IMG/VR virus record: IMGVR_UViG_3300028840_007129
Source: an uncultured virus (IMG/VR IMGVR_UViG_3300028840_007129)
Lineage: Duplodnaviria; Heunggongvirae; Uroviricota; Caudoviricetes
Length of the DNA stretch: 62,025 bases
Strand: one strand, 5' to 3'
The notes beneath the pieces are model-generated. The model did no database searches, had not been told where the DNA came from, and was given only the letters and a program-made list of their open reading frames with translations. Shown here in pieces: positions 1 to 10,486 of this stretch (position 1 is the first letter of the stretch; every line of letters begins with the position of its first letter). The position numbers and the translations under genes are program-made.

Positions 1-386
1 TAACTCCTTTTCCATAATCGGGAAGCACCCCGATGCATGAAACCACCCGGTTTCATCCGCTCTAAATCGCGGTACGGTACGTATACGGGTGGCATACGTA
101 CCGGGCACCCCGTACGTGGGGCTTATGGCGGGCATCGTACAGCCCACGACGGCCAACGACGGGATTGTCGTTGACTGCCGGTACTATTGTTTATGGTCCC
201 GGTACCGTTCGGGACCCACCCGATATTCGGACTACGCCGTTTCCCCTCGGGCGGGGGTCGGGGAATACCTTGGTGGCTATCTAGGTATTATCTACCACCA
301 AGGGTTAGGGTTCGGTCTAGTGAACAATAGGCCCTCCAAGGTTAGGCCGGGTGGCATGCCGGGGATACGTTCCCCGGCTAAACGAC

Positions 387-770
387 TTACTGCTTCTCGC
401 CGATGAGCGAGCAGAATCGCCTGTAATGATCGGGCCCGGCGTAGGCCCACCGGGCGGAGGTCTCAACCTCCTGCACCGCCTTGCCGCCCTTGCGGGCGAG
501 GGTGCGAAGGCGGGCCTGCACCGTCTTGTCGCGCCAGAGCGCGACATGGGCGGGTATCAGGTACCGCCGCTTGTCGGAGGGTACGTCCTGAAACAGGACG
601 GCCTTCACGACACCGTGAAGGCCGTCCAGCGTTCTGCAGTAGGACGCCCACCGGGCGTCCTGGTTCGCGGCCCGGCGGTCGGCCAATTTGACGACGGTCG
701 GAGCGACGGCCTCGAAGGCCGCCCGGAGAAGCTTATCAGTATGGGGCTGGGGCTGAGACTGGCGACGCAT
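387..770 (-). CDS. hypothetical protein
   Basis: 127-aa ORF with AGGAGG RBS upstream. Confidence 0.65.
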   Translation of the reverse strand: MRRQSQPQPHTDKLLRAAFEAVAPTVVKLADRRAANQDARWASYCRTLDGLHGVVKAVLFQDVPSDKRRYLIPAHVALWRDKTVQARLRTLARKGGKAVQEVETSARWAYAGPDHYRRFCSLIGEKQ

Positions 771-859
771 GAGCTACCTCCTGGTTGAATTGAAGTGTTA
801 ACAAAGTTATAAAGGCGGGTGGGCCGTGTTGCACCTGCGCTCACGGCCTAAATTTCCGG

Positions 860-881
860 GCGTCACGGATGGACACCCGCC
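860..881 (-). repeat. 22-bp motif upstream of small ORF, copy 1
   Basis: GCGTCACGGATGGACACCCGCC, identical at 1268-1289. Confidence 0.85.
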
Positions 882-997
882 ACTTCGCGTCAAGGACCCA
901 CACACCGTATGTGGTTAGAGCATACTAGCATTTCGCTCATGATCCCTTGGATGGCTTAACGTACCATCCATGAGTGGTTATACCACAACGTTAACGC

Positions 998-1210
998 CTA
1001 TATCCTGGGGATGTGGGTGACCCACCTCCCCTCACACCACATGCCGTTGACCCGCTCCTCCGCGTAGGTGGAGGGCTGCTCCGTTTCTACCGCGTAGAAG
1101 CGCCGCGCAGTGCTGCCAGGCTTCTTGTACATCACCGCGTACACCTCCCAGTCAGGCCCCAGCGTGTCGCGAGCGGCTGCTGCAGTTTCGAACGTGTTAT
1201 ACAGTTTCAT
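998..1210 (-). CDS. hypothetical protein
   Basis: 70-aa ORF with AGGAGG RBS upstream. Confidence 0.7.
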   Translation of the reverse strand: MKLYNTFETAAAARDTLGPDWEVYAVMYKKPGSTARRFYAVETEQPSTYAEERVNGMWCEGRWVTHIPRI

Positions 1211-1267
1211 AAATCCTCCTAAGAAATGGCATACAGCAACATGCTAACGCAGGTATGCCAGCTACGA

Positions 1268-1289
1268 GCGTCACGGATGGACACCCGCC
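1268..1289 (-). repeat. 22-bp motif upstream of small ORF, copy 2
   Basis: identical to 860-881. Confidence 0.85.
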
Positions 1290-1300
1290 CGTATCACCGC

Positions 1301-1640
1301 TTGACACCCTATAGTTGACTGCAAGGTGTCACATATTCACACCTTGCAATGCCGCCTCGTTGACGGGCACCCTATAGTTGATTGCAAGGTGTCACATATT
1401 CACACCTTGCAGTCAATGCCGCCTCGTTGACGGGCACCCTATAGTTGATTGCAAGGTGTCACATATTCACACCTTGCAATCAATGGTGCCGTCCCGTTGA
1501 CGGGCACCCTATAGTTGATTGCAAGGTGTCACATATTCACACCTTGCAATCAATGGGTGTCACATATTCACACCTTGCAATCAATGGTGCCGTCCCGTTG
1601 ACGGGCACCCTATAGTTGATTGCAAGGTGTCACATATTCG
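1301..1640. repeat. tandem array of 63-70 bp hairpin-containing units (about 5.5 copies)
   Basis: unit contains inverted repeat TTGATTGCAAGGTGT-cacatattc-ACACCTTGCAATCAA plus a weaker GGTGCC/GGCACC hairpin. Confidence 0.9.
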
Positions 1641-1879
1641 CAATTCCCCTATATTATAGGAATAGGGGAAAATTGTAAAAAAGCTATCTTTGGCATGATC
1701 CTTGCAGGCGAAAAATCGCCCGTTTAAGGTACACGATGTCCGGGCCCTGAATTTTGTTTCCCATCCCGGTCCTAGCTCTGTTCTATTTCTCCCCTATTTC
1801 TCCCCTACTTTTCCTCTACCATTTCTCTCACCCCACCGTATTTCTCCGGTCCTGGTCCTGGTCCTGGTTCCGTCTTCTC

Positions 1880-1986
1880 ACCCTTACCATTACCCTTACC
1901 ATTACCCTTACCATTACCCTTACCATTACCCTTACCATTACCCTTATCCTTACCATTACCCTTATCCTTACCATTACCCCTACCCT
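1880..1986. repeat. C-rich minisatellite (G-rich on minus strand)
   Basis: 5 x CCCTTACCATTA then 2 x CCCTTATCCTTACCATTA. Confidence 0.95.
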
Positions 1987-2156
1987 GGTCTTTGGATGCG
2001 AGTGGCGAGGGGGTATACCGTACCAGTATCTGGCGATGTTCTCTTAGGTAAGTAAGTCGGGCTGGGGTTAGGCAGTGATTCGAACAGAGGGGATTTGAAC
2101 TGAGGCGGTAATGTCATTTCGCGAGGTTGTCCCACGGCATGGACTTGAACCGGTCC

Positions 2157-2251
2157 GGGACCGGGGCTGGGACTGGGGCTGGGACTGGGACTGGGGCTGG
2201 GACCGGGACCGGGCTGGGACCGGGCTGGGACCGGGCTGGGACCGGGGCTGG
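2157..2251 (+). repeat. G-rich short repeat array with G-quadruplex potential
   Basis: 16 runs of G3-4 separated by CT/ACT/ACC. Confidence 0.9.
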
Positions 2252-2553
2252 AATAAAGGGCTGTGGGGGTTTTGCAAAAAATAAGATGGGGTCGATAGTT
2301 TTGTAAAAGGGGTATAAATTTTTTTGGAGGTCAGAAAATAGAAATGGGTTTTTCAAGGTGGATATTTTATTATTTCTGGGCATGATTCATACAAGATGCT
2401 ATATCAAACTGTAAATTTTTCGGTATATCATTCTGTTAATTATTCTTTGATATTGGTTAAGGGTGGGATAGGCATCATGGGACTGGCGTTCGCCCGTCGT
2501 GACCGACAGGCGAGGCGACCATCTAACAACAACGGGTGATTGGAGTTACGAAA

Positions 2554-3591
2554 ATGAGCTCTCATAAGCACACTCCCTTTTTGATGAATTTATCGATAAT
2601 GTTATTGGATGATGAGGAGTCGATACGTGATTATTTATCGGAGTATATACGGGTACATGATGGGGTATCAGCGGGTGTGAAGACGGTATCGGAGGCGGTG
2701 CGGTTGGTAGAGGGTCATCAGTTTGATGTTGCGTTGGTGGATATTTTTTTGAATGGAGATGGGAGTGGGTTTGATGCGATAGAGGAGTTGCGGGGGATAG
2801 ACCCGTCGTTGACGTTCATATTGATGACGGGTGATTCGAACATGGAGACGTGTTTCGAGCGTATAATCAAGGAGCAGGTGTACGCGGTAGTGACGAAGCC
2901 ATTCGACCCTAAGTTAATGGGGTTATTGTTGTTACAGGCCAGTCGTAACACACGGAATTTGAGACGGAATCAGTATGTGGAGTCGAATATGATACGGAAG
3001 ATAGAGAGTATACGAGATAACATGAACAGTATATTCGTAAACACGTTATCATCGTTATCGAATGCCTTGGAGCAGAAGGATGAGTACACGCGGAACCACA
3101 GTGAGATGGTGAGTGACATAGCGGGGAAGCTGGTTTTGGAACTATCTGGTAATGTTGAATTTATACATAATGTAAAAGTAGCGGGGAAGTTACATGATAT
3201 AGGGAAGATAGGGATACGGGACGAGATATTGTTTAAGAAGGGTCCCTTGGAGGGGGATGAGTATGAGCGGATAAAGGCACACAGTGAGATGTCGTATAAG
3301 ATAGTGAAGCCTGTGGATTATGGGGGTCAGGTGTCGTCGATGGTGTTGCATCATCATGAGCGTTGGAACGGGAATGGTTATCCGCATGGTTTGGTTGGTA
3401 AGACGATACCGATAGGGTCTCGGATATTGGCGGTGGCGGACACGTTTAATGCGTTGACGTCGAATCGGCCGTATCGTAAGGCACAGGACCGGGATTTTGC
3501 GTTGGGGGTGATAACGGATGGTAGTGGGGTGGATTTTGATGGTGAGGTGGTTGAGGTCTTGAATCGGTTGATACGGACTGGTCGGATGTGA
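2554..3591 (+). CDS. response regulator receiver + HD-GYP phosphodiesterase
   Basis: REC motifs (LLDDE, LVDI, MTG, KPF); HDIGK and HHERWNGNGYP; start moved to the ATG after GGAG. Confidence 0.92.
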   Translation: MSSHKHTPFLMNLSIMLLDDEESIRDYLSEYIRVHDGVSAGVKTVSEAVRLVEGHQFDVALVDIFLNGDGSGFDAIEELRGIDPSLTFILMTGDSNMETCFERIIKEQVYAVVTKPFDPKLMGLLLLQASRNTRNLRRNQYVESNMIRKIESIRDNMNSIFVNTLSSLSNALEQKDEYTRNHSEMVSDIAGKLVLELSGNVEFIHNVKVAGKLHDIGKIGIRDEILFKKGPLEGDEYERIKAHSEMSYKIVKPVDYGGQVSSMVLHHHERWNGNGYPHGLVGKTIPIGSRILAVADTFNALTSNRPYRKAQDRDFALGVITDGSGVDFDGEVVEVLNRLIRTGRM

Positions 3592-3644
3592 TATTCTCTT
3601 AATATGGAGTAGGGTTTTATACTTTATTATAGGAGTTTGGTTAT

Positions 3645-6600
3645 ATGCAGAATATAGTTGGGTATATGCGTCGGGTGGCATGGATGCTGATAGAGGGTAC
3701 GGCGGAGGATTATTTGAGGGGATATTTGCGTAAGCATATACGCAGGGAGTTTTTGGACGGGGTGAATTTTCGTGGTATGATGGCCCCGGTGTATTCTAAG
3801 GCGAATTCAGCGTTGGGTGGTGGGATACCGAGTGAGGAGTTTTTTGGAGATTTGGTGGATTCGTTTGTAGGGGAGCCTGGGGAGTCGGACTGGCATATTA
3901 AGAAGTTAGTGGCGACATTGGAGCACTGGTTACATCGTGACAAGGATTTGAGTGAGAAGGCGGCGGAGGAGTTGGTGGACCCGTCGATACCGTTGAAGTT
4001 GGTGGAGGGTATAGACCGGGATAAGTTGGAGAAGATAGTGGCGGAGTCTCATCCGGTGATAGCTCGGTTTTTGGGGTCATTTTTCAATAACAAGTCGATG
4101 GATTGGGTGAAGTATTGGAAGTCTCGTGGTCGTGGAGACGTGAAGCAGATGAGTGAGTTGGAGCCTTCGGAGAAGCCTGATTGGATAAAATATATGGAGG
4201 ACCATGAGGTAGAGCAATTGGATTTTGGGGATGAGGGGTTGGATGTAGATGAGATAGAGGATGTTGAGGATAAGATAGAGGAGAATGATTTATACGAGCG
4301 GGTGTTGGGGTATATTGGTCGTGAGAAGGATTCGTTGAAGAAGAGGATATATGAGGCGATATTGTTGAAGCGGTGGAAGTCGGATAGTCCGAAGACGCAG
4401 GCTGAGTTGGCGAAGGAGTTGGGGGTCACGCAGCCTATTGTATCGCAGGCGGAGAGTGGGTTAGCTGGGGAGTTGCGTGATTATTTGAAGGACAAGTTTC
4501 GTTCGATGAGGGCCCCTGATTACAAGAAGGTGTTGGAGGATGATAAGGACGACCAGGAGAGTTTCAAGGATTTCATCAAGCATAAGTATGAGGGTATGAA
4601 GGTTAAGAAGCCATCGACGTTGAAGGTGGTGATGGAGTTAGCTGAGGGGAAGGACAGTAAGGAGATAGCGAAGGAGTTGGAGATTAGTGATGTTTCGATT
4701 CGTAAGATGAAGGAGCGGTATTTCAAGCCGTGGTATGAGGAGTGGTATTCGGGCATTAAATGTGCGGGGAGTCTTATGACTACTATTTATGGTGCAGAGG
4801 TACGGGTACCGTACAAGAAGGTTACCGATCCGAAGGCTCCTGACAAGGATAAGGCTCCTGATGATGAGAAGAAGGGTAAACTGAACAATTTCCGGACGAT
4901 TATAGATAGTGTTATAGAGAAGCCGTTGGATTTCACGGTGACGATTACGTTCTCCTCTGATTATAGTGCTCAGGACGTATATGATGGCACGCATTCGTTG
5001 GAGGATGATTCTCATTTCAAGTATGAGTCGTACCGGGTGGATTTGTCGAAGATACGCAAGTTTGGGAAGACCGAGTATGAGGTAGAGTACTGGTATGAGG
5101 CTGCGTTGAATGATGACGGGACGTTTAAGGGTGCTGGTCGGTCTCAGCTCAAGCTCAACGATGATATAGTTCGTGCTGGGGACCCAGGGTCGGATTTGAA
5201 GAATCAGTTGGATGAGTATGTAGACAAGAACATGGTAGATAAGGGTGTATACCCGAAGACGGTTCCTTATAGCATACGGTATTACAACACGAAGACGAAG
5301 CAGTATGTGTATGGTTTGGAGGATTTTGCTTCACGGTATCCGAGTCCGATAGGTCATGGGGGTCCGAAGGCACGGGAGTATTTTGAAAAGTTTGTGGAGC
5401 GTCAGCGGAAGAAGCGTATAGGTCCGGTGATGAAGGATGTGACGGACAAGGTGACGGCGCTTATACTGACGTTGCAGGATGATCTTCGTCGTGAGAAGTC
5501 CCTTCGTACTAAGGACACTGGTCTCATCAAGCACATAGAGGATCAGATAAAGGATTTGCGGGATGCGTTGCAGGCGCAGAAGAAGAGGCGGGATGAGGAG
5601 GCTCAGGAGCGATTGGAGCGTCAGTTGGAGATAAAGCGTAAGGAGCGTTTGAAGTATTTGCGTGAGGAGTTGGATGAGGAGCAGAAGGTTGAGAACAAGG
5701 ATGATGCGGCTGTGAAGCGTATCAATGATTTGGAGAAGCAGATAAAGGAGTTAGAGGAAAAGATGGATCGTCAGGGGTATTGGAAGAGTATATATAGTGG
5801 GGACAGGGAGTATGATTCGTTGCATTGGTATTTGAGGCGTGCGGCGGACGTAGTTGCTCAGCAGTTGCCGGATCCGATGGATGCGGGTGCGAAGGAGTTT
5901 GTGGCGTTATTGAACAAGTTGGGTTTGACGTCCCGTCCGAACCCGAAGTTATGGATGACATCTGAGGACATACGGGTATTGTCCAGGACGGTTTTGAAGT
6001 TGTTGCAGGATAGGCTCAAAAAGGATTTGGAAAAGGCGAGTAAGGAGTCTGCGTCTACGAAGGAGGAGAAGGCTCGTCGGGCGGATAAGGTGCAGGCGAT
6101 ACAGAAGGAGTATGACGAGACCATCAAGAAGCTTCCGAAGCTCATAGATGCTTTCATAGATGATTTGAAGGACCGTCGGGACAAGTTACAGTCCCAGAAC
6201 CCCAAGGAATATGAGGCGTTGAGTGGTCGGAGGGATTTGGGGTGGGTGGATGATAAGGGTAAGGTGGAGAAGCTCAAGGATGATGTTCGGATAAACTTAT
6301 CTAAGGAGCCTCCGAAGGTATTGACGAAGGACCCATCGGTGAAGCCGATGCGTCATGACCGGTATGAGTTCATTTTGAATGATGCGATGGGGATGAAGAA
6401 CTCCTTGGCTGGGATAGCTGACCGGTTTCAGGAGGCATCGGTAGAGCCTTTGGGGAGCAAGAAGGTTCGGGATGAGATCAAGGATAGTCTGGATAAGATG
6501 CGTTCAGATGTACGGGAGATGAGTAAGGAGATTAACTCTATAGTTGAGAAGAGAGAGAAGAGAGAGGAAGGACTGAAGGCTGACCCTGAATTTAAAGCTC

Positions 6601-8990
6601 TCAGTAATCAGGCGGAGGATGCTCTTAGTACTTTTACGGCTCTTCAGGATCTTAAGAATGTTGATGTTGCGGACCTGCCTGTGAAGTTGAAAAAATTCAT
6701 GGGTAAGATAGACCCTCTTATAAAGAATATGGAGCAGGAGATTTCAGAGGTAGAGCTCACGCAACAGGATAAGGATAAGATAAAGAGGCTTGAGGACGAG
6801 ATAGCTGAGATTGATAAGAAGCTTCAGAACGCGGGTCCTGAAGAGAAGAAGGAGCTTGAGAACAGGAAGAAGCGTTTGAGAAAGGTTATAGATAATATAG
6901 AGGAATCTGGAAGTGATCGTAAGAAGATTAAGTTATTGAAGCCTCTCCTAGATAGTCTTAAGAAGAAGCGTGATATTCTGAATGAAATCTTTACCCCTGG
7001 TGCTCTCTTTTCCGATCGGCATTTCAAAGATGCGCCTATAGGTGAGAGTAAGGGTCGTGACAGACAGATTCTTCAGTCTTTGATAAGGACTTTTGAGGAT
7101 AAGCATAAGGAGCTTCTCTCTGGTATTGAAAACCTGAGAAAGTCTCCTATGGATAAAGAGGAAGAGACACATCTTAGAAGTCTTTATGATTCCATTAAGG
7201 AGTTGAGGGACCCTATTTCTAAAGCGAAAGAGGATCTGGGCAAGTTGAGTTTTGTTCCGGCTTTGAAGCATGCTGAGATACTTCAGAGCTTATTCAAGTA
7301 TTTCTCTGGTCTCTACAATTTCATTTCCTCTGCTATCTGGTTCAAGGAGATGTCTGCTCCTGATTACAAGAAGGCTGATGAGGTTGTGGCTGGGGTGATA
7401 ACGGCCGACGTTGATTTGGAGCGTATGAGGGATGAGATAGCGAGCCAGATGCGTCGTATTCAGGGGTATGGTATTAAGGCGAAGGATTCTATTAAGGAGT
7501 CGGTGAAGAAGGTTCGGGACATGTTGAAGAAGTTTATAGATTCGTTTGAGGATGTATATAAAAACGTAGAGAGGAAAGCTCCTGAGTATCAGGCTCCTGG
7601 TCGGAAGGGTCCTCGTGAGATGAAGCCTTTTGAGAGGACGAAGCTGGAGCCGTATAAGCGTAAGTTTGCTGATAGGGAAGAGGACATAGCGAAGTTTGTT
7701 ATTCCTGGGGACATGCTTAAGAGGGCTGAGAAGCTCATAGATGATTTACCCAGAGAGTTTGCTGTGAAAGCCAGGGAAGAGCTCAAGGGCATCAAAGGAG
7801 CTCTTACCCAGGCTTTCAAGGAGGGGTTGTCTCAGGATTATCTTGAGAAGATGAGTAAGAAGTTCAAGATGAACATCAACAAGACCCGCAGCACCATTAA
7901 GGACATGGAAGATGGTTTGGTGCGTGAGTTGATGAATGAGTTCATCAACAACTGGATGGACATCAAGGATACCATAGGTGTGGACCTAGAGAAGCAGAAG
8001 AAGAAGGATGAGAAGCATACATTTAGTCCTTTGGGTAATAAGGACCCGAAGGTCTATAAGCGTATGCGTGATTTTGTTCGGGACCACGTAAAGGGTGATT
8101 TGAATGAAAGTGCAGCGATAGAGCCTAAGGACATTAAACCGGCACAGCTGACTCCTGATGAGATACTGGATTTCATTGAGGAGGCGTATGAAAGGGGTCC
8201 GGCTCGTATAAAAGAGTACGTTAAGAATCTATATCGTAACTATTCGGAATGGGATGATGAGGGTGGCGGTGGTGGTGGCAAGGGCCGTACCCGTGAGAAG
8301 CCCAAGAAGCTGAATCCTCCAGCTATTACATCTGAGATAAATAAGTTGGAGCTGATTCGATTATTGAAGAATGGGGATGCTCTGGATGTTATTCTGGAGC
8401 CCATGGGAGACCTTATCACGAAAATTGAGCGTGAGTACAAGGGCAGCATGAATGTTGATGACATTACTGATGGTCTGGTGAAGCTGCTCAAGGATATTTC
8501 CTCGACCATTATCAGCCTGAATGTTCGAAAGGCTGGTCAAGGTCCTGCGGACATATCTATTAAGAGTTATGAGGATGGTATAGAATTCTTTAATACCATA
8601 GTGGATGTTTATAAGGCTATGAACAAGTATCTGGACCCGGACCATGTCGGGATACCTCCCAAGAACTTATCGAAGATTAGCCCAAAGAATCCTTACACGC
8701 ATGCTATTGAGCAGATGCTTCCTAAGTTCCTTCCGAAGGGTCTTACGACTGCTCTTGAGGAGTTGGGGAAGGCTGAGGGTAAGTTCGAGCATATAGACCG
8801 GGAAAGGGCTGAGGAAGAGTCTAAGAAGATGCAGGAGGAGTCTAAGCAGCCTGGTTTGCAGACGTTCCATGACATGCCGAACTGGCAAAAACTGAGGAGC
8901 AGGAAGGCTGCATTGGATGTGGTAGGTGCTTTTGTGGAGTCTCGGGAGTATGATCCTGAGACTATAGATGATTCTATGATGCTTCAGTGA
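3645..8990 (+). CDS. very large charged coiled-coil protein with two HTH-like motifs
   Basis: 1781 aa; TQAELAKELGVTQPIVSQAE and SKEIAKELEISDVSIRKMK; K/E-rich heptads. Confidence 0.85.
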   Translation: MQNIVGYMRRVAWMLIEGTAEDYLRGYLRKHIRREFLDGVNFRGMMAPVYSKANSALGGGIPSEEFFGDLVDSFVGEPGESDWHIKKLVATLEHWLHRDKDLSEKAAEELVDPSIPLKLVEGIDRDKLEKIVAESHPVIARFLGSFFNNKSMDWVKYWKSRGRGDVKQMSELEPSEKPDWIKYMEDHEVEQLDFGDEGLDVDEIEDVEDKIEENDLYERVLGYIGREKDSLKKRIYEAILLKRWKSDSPKTQAELAKELGVTQPIVSQAESGLAGELRDYLKDKFRSMRAPDYKKVLEDDKDDQESFKDFIKHKYEGMKVKKPSTLKVVMELAEGKDSKEIAKELEISDVSIRKMKERYFKPWYEEWYSGIKCAGSLMTTIYGAEVRVPYKKVTDPKAPDKDKAPDDEKKGKLNNFRTIIDSVIEKPLDFTVTITFSSDYSAQDVYDGTHSLEDDSHFKYESYRVDLSKIRKFGKTEYEVEYWYEAALNDDGTFKGAGRSQLKLNDDIVRAGDPGSDLKNQLDEYVDKNMVDKGVYPKTVPYSIRYYNTKTKQYVYGLEDFASRYPSPIGHGGPKAREYFEKFVERQRKKRIGPVMKDVTDKVTALILTLQDDLRREKSLRTKDTGLIKHIEDQIKDLRDALQAQKKRRDEEAQERLERQLEIKRKERLKYLREELDEEQKVENKDDAAVKRINDLEKQIKELEEKMDRQGYWKSIYSGDREYDSLHWYLRRAADVVAQQLPDPMDAGAKEFVALLNKLGLTSRPNPKLWMTSEDIRVLSRTVLKLLQDRLKKDLEKASKESASTKEEKARRADKVQAIQKEYDETIKKLPKLIDAFIDDLKDRRDKLQSQNPKEYEALSGRRDLGWVDDKGKVEKLKDDVRINLSKEPPKVLTKDPSVKPMRHDRYEFILNDAMGMKNSLAGIADRFQEASVEPLGSKKVRDEIKDSLDKMRSDVREMSKEINSIVEKREKREEGLKADPEFKALSNQAEDALSTFTALQDLKNVDVADLPVKLKKFMGKIDPLIKNMEQEISEVELTQQDKDKIKRLEDEIAEIDKKLQNAGPEEKKELENRKKRLRKVIDNIEESGSDRKKIKLLKPLLDSLKKKRDILNEIFTPGALFSDRHFKDAPIGESKGRDRQILQSLIRTFEDKHKELLSGIENLRKSPMDKEEETHLRSLYDSIKELRDPISKAKEDLGKLSFVPALKHAEILQSLFKYFSGLYNFISSAIWFKEMSAPDYKKADEVVAGVITADVDLERMRDEIASQMRRIQGYGIKAKDSIKESVKKVRDMLKKFIDSFEDVYKNVERKAPEYQAPGRKGPREMKPFERTKLEPYKRKFADREEDIAKFVIPGDMLKRAEKLIDDLPREFAVKAREELKGIKGALTQAFKEGLSQDYLEKMSKKFKMNINKTRSTIKDMEDGLVRELMNEFINNWMDIKDTIGVDLEKQKKKDEKHTFSPLGNKDPKVYKRMRDFVRDHVKGDLNESAAIEPKDIKPAQLTPDEILDFIEEAYERGPARIKEYVKNLYRNYSEWDDEGGGGGGKGRTREKPKKLNPPAITSEINKLELIRLLKNGDALDVILEPMGDLITKIEREYKGSMNVDDITDGLVKLLKDISSTIISLNVRKAGQGPADISIKSYEDGIEFFNTIVDVYKAMNKYLDPDHVGIPPKNLSKISPKNPYTHAIEQMLPKFLPKGLTTALEELGKAEGKFEHIDRERAEEESKKMQEESKQPGLQTFHDMPNWQKLRSRKAALDVVGAFVESREYDPETIDDSMMLQ

Positions 8991-9003
8991 AAGGAATAGA
9001 TGT

Positions 9004-9966
9004 ATGTCTGGTCAGACTGCTCCTGGTTATAAAGTATTAGATAAAGATCCTTATCATGTTCCTGAACATCTTCAGGGTAAACATCCTGGTCGTATTTCAT
9101 GGACATTGATCAAGATACCTGTTGGATTTAAGATAGAGGATGTAGAGAAGATAGTACGTCCTTTAGACCCTAAATCTGATAACATCCTTGTTCTTAAGAA
9201 AGAAGATGCAAAAGATTACAATAAGGATGCTCAGGGGCCGTCAATAGTTGTGAGAATGGGCTATCCAGTTAGGAAGCTTTTTGACCTTTTGAAGGAGCAT
9301 GACTTTTTTATGGGATCTAAAAAGAGTTCCGTTTTTGGTATCCTGAGAAATATCAGCTCTGCATTGAAAGACGAAGTAGATGATAGATTAAAGATAGAAC
9401 CGGAGATAAAGAGAGCTCTACCATTACAACATCAGATTTCTTCAGTAAGGACGGGTGAAAAGGGTGTCATACAGGAAGTGGCTTATTTTAAGACAGATGG
9501 CTACTATGTTGAGGTAAGCAGGGAAGTTAAAGGTCTGACGACGGGTAAACCGAGTGGTTATAGAGTCCGCGTAGATGAAAAAAAGAGTTTCTCTAGGGCG
9601 GGTGAAGGTAGAGTCATGTCTAAGAAATTTGTTATGGACTTACTTGAGGCTGCTAAAAAAAGGGAGGCTGCAGAATTTCTCAAGGATAATAATTTTATAA
9701 AAGATCGTACCGCTAACAAGGTAGGTGGATCAGGTTTTTCAAACATGTTGGATAAATGTATTGAACGGATAAAGTCAGAGTTTATAGATAAAAGCGGTTT
9801 AGTGAAGATAGTTATGGATATCGCCACTGATATAAATGATCATCCCGGTCTGGATAAGCAAATTAAACAATTTTTGATTGGGTTATCTATGGATTACAAG
9901 AACAAGGGTAACCTGTCAAAAGATGATGTTCTTACTTTTATAGACTACGTTAAAAAATTTGCGTGA
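9004..9966 (+). CDS. hypothetical protein
   Basis: 320-aa ORF with RBS, contiguous with upstream gene. Confidence 0.8.
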   Translation: MSGQTAPGYKVLDKDPYHVPEHLQGKHPGRISWTLIKIPVGFKIEDVEKIVRPLDPKSDNILVLKKEDAKDYNKDAQGPSIVVRMGYPVRKLFDLLKEHDFFMGSKKSSVFGILRNISSALKDEVDDRLKIEPEIKRALPLQHQISSVRTGEKGVIQEVAYFKTDGYYVEVSREVKGLTTGKPSGYRVRVDEKKSFSRAGEGRVMSKKFVMDLLEAAKKREAAEFLKDNNFIKDRTANKVGGSGFSNMLDKCIERIKSEFIDKSGLVKIVMDIATDINDHPGLDKQIKQFLIGLSMDYKNKGNLSKDDVLTFIDYVKKFA

Positions 9967-10196
9967 TGCTACGAATGAAAAAGTTATCATTCAATAAAGA
10001 GAACGAAGTAGACCTGTTCAGTCAGCTTGTGAAGGTCCTTGAGCGTAAGGGTCTGCACGAGTTGGCTGAACGGGTCCGTAGTTTGAGTAAGGATGTGTTT
10101 TCGAAAGAGGGCTCTGTGTCCTGGGAGGAGTATCGCACGTCCTTACGTGTAGCCAGTCAGGATATCCTATCTTATTATAAGAGATACCCGCTGTAG
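9963..10196 (+). CDS. hypothetical protein
   Basis: 77-aa ORF overlapping previous stop. Confidence 0.65.
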   Translation: MMLRMKKLSFNKENEVDLFSQLVKVLERKGLHELAERVRSLSKDVFSKEGSVSWEEYRTSLRVASQDILSYYKRYPL

Positions 10197-10199
10197 GAG

Positions 10200-10457
10200 T
10201 TATTTCTCAATTTTTTGCTGAGCCCTTAACTGCTCCTGTTCGTGATCAGCCTGACTAAGAAAATCCTTGATTGCATCAAGGCACTCTCCCGTATAGACTC
10301 CCTGTACCGTTGGCTCATAGGCATAGCGCCGCCATGGGCCATACCATTTTATGATACCGAGTTCATTGCGGCTGCGTTTATTAAGGCAACGCCATACCTT
10401 GGTCTTTGGTTTTGGCGGTGCTGGAACGAAAACGATGTATTGATATTCTGTTTTCAC
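10200..10457 (-). CDS. hypothetical phage protein
   Basis: probable GTG start; LGIIKWYGPWRRY motif. Confidence 0.7.
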   Translation of the reverse strand: MKTEYQYIVFVPAPPKPKTKVWRCLNKRSRNELGIIKWYGPWRRYAYEPTVQGVYTGECLDAIKDFLSQADHEQEQLRAQQKIEK

Positions 10458-10486
10458 GGGACACTTTCTGCGATTTATCCATAAGA

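Noticed and set aside
1301..1640. CRISPR array
   Set aside because: The sequences between the palindromes are near-identical rather than unique spacers, and no cas genes are visible
1702..2383. ORFs with (YHYP)n, (TITL)n and (PVPA)n repeats
   Set aside because: Open in several frames only because the minisatellites lack stops; no convincing RBS
2470..2525. c-di-GMP riboswitch upstream of HD-GYP
   Set aside because: A hairpin is present but the class I/II consensus elements are not recognisable
3190..8888. Minus-strand ORFs opposite the G-rich genes
   Set aside because: Antisense shadows with Pro/Ser/Thr-rich composition caused by the skew
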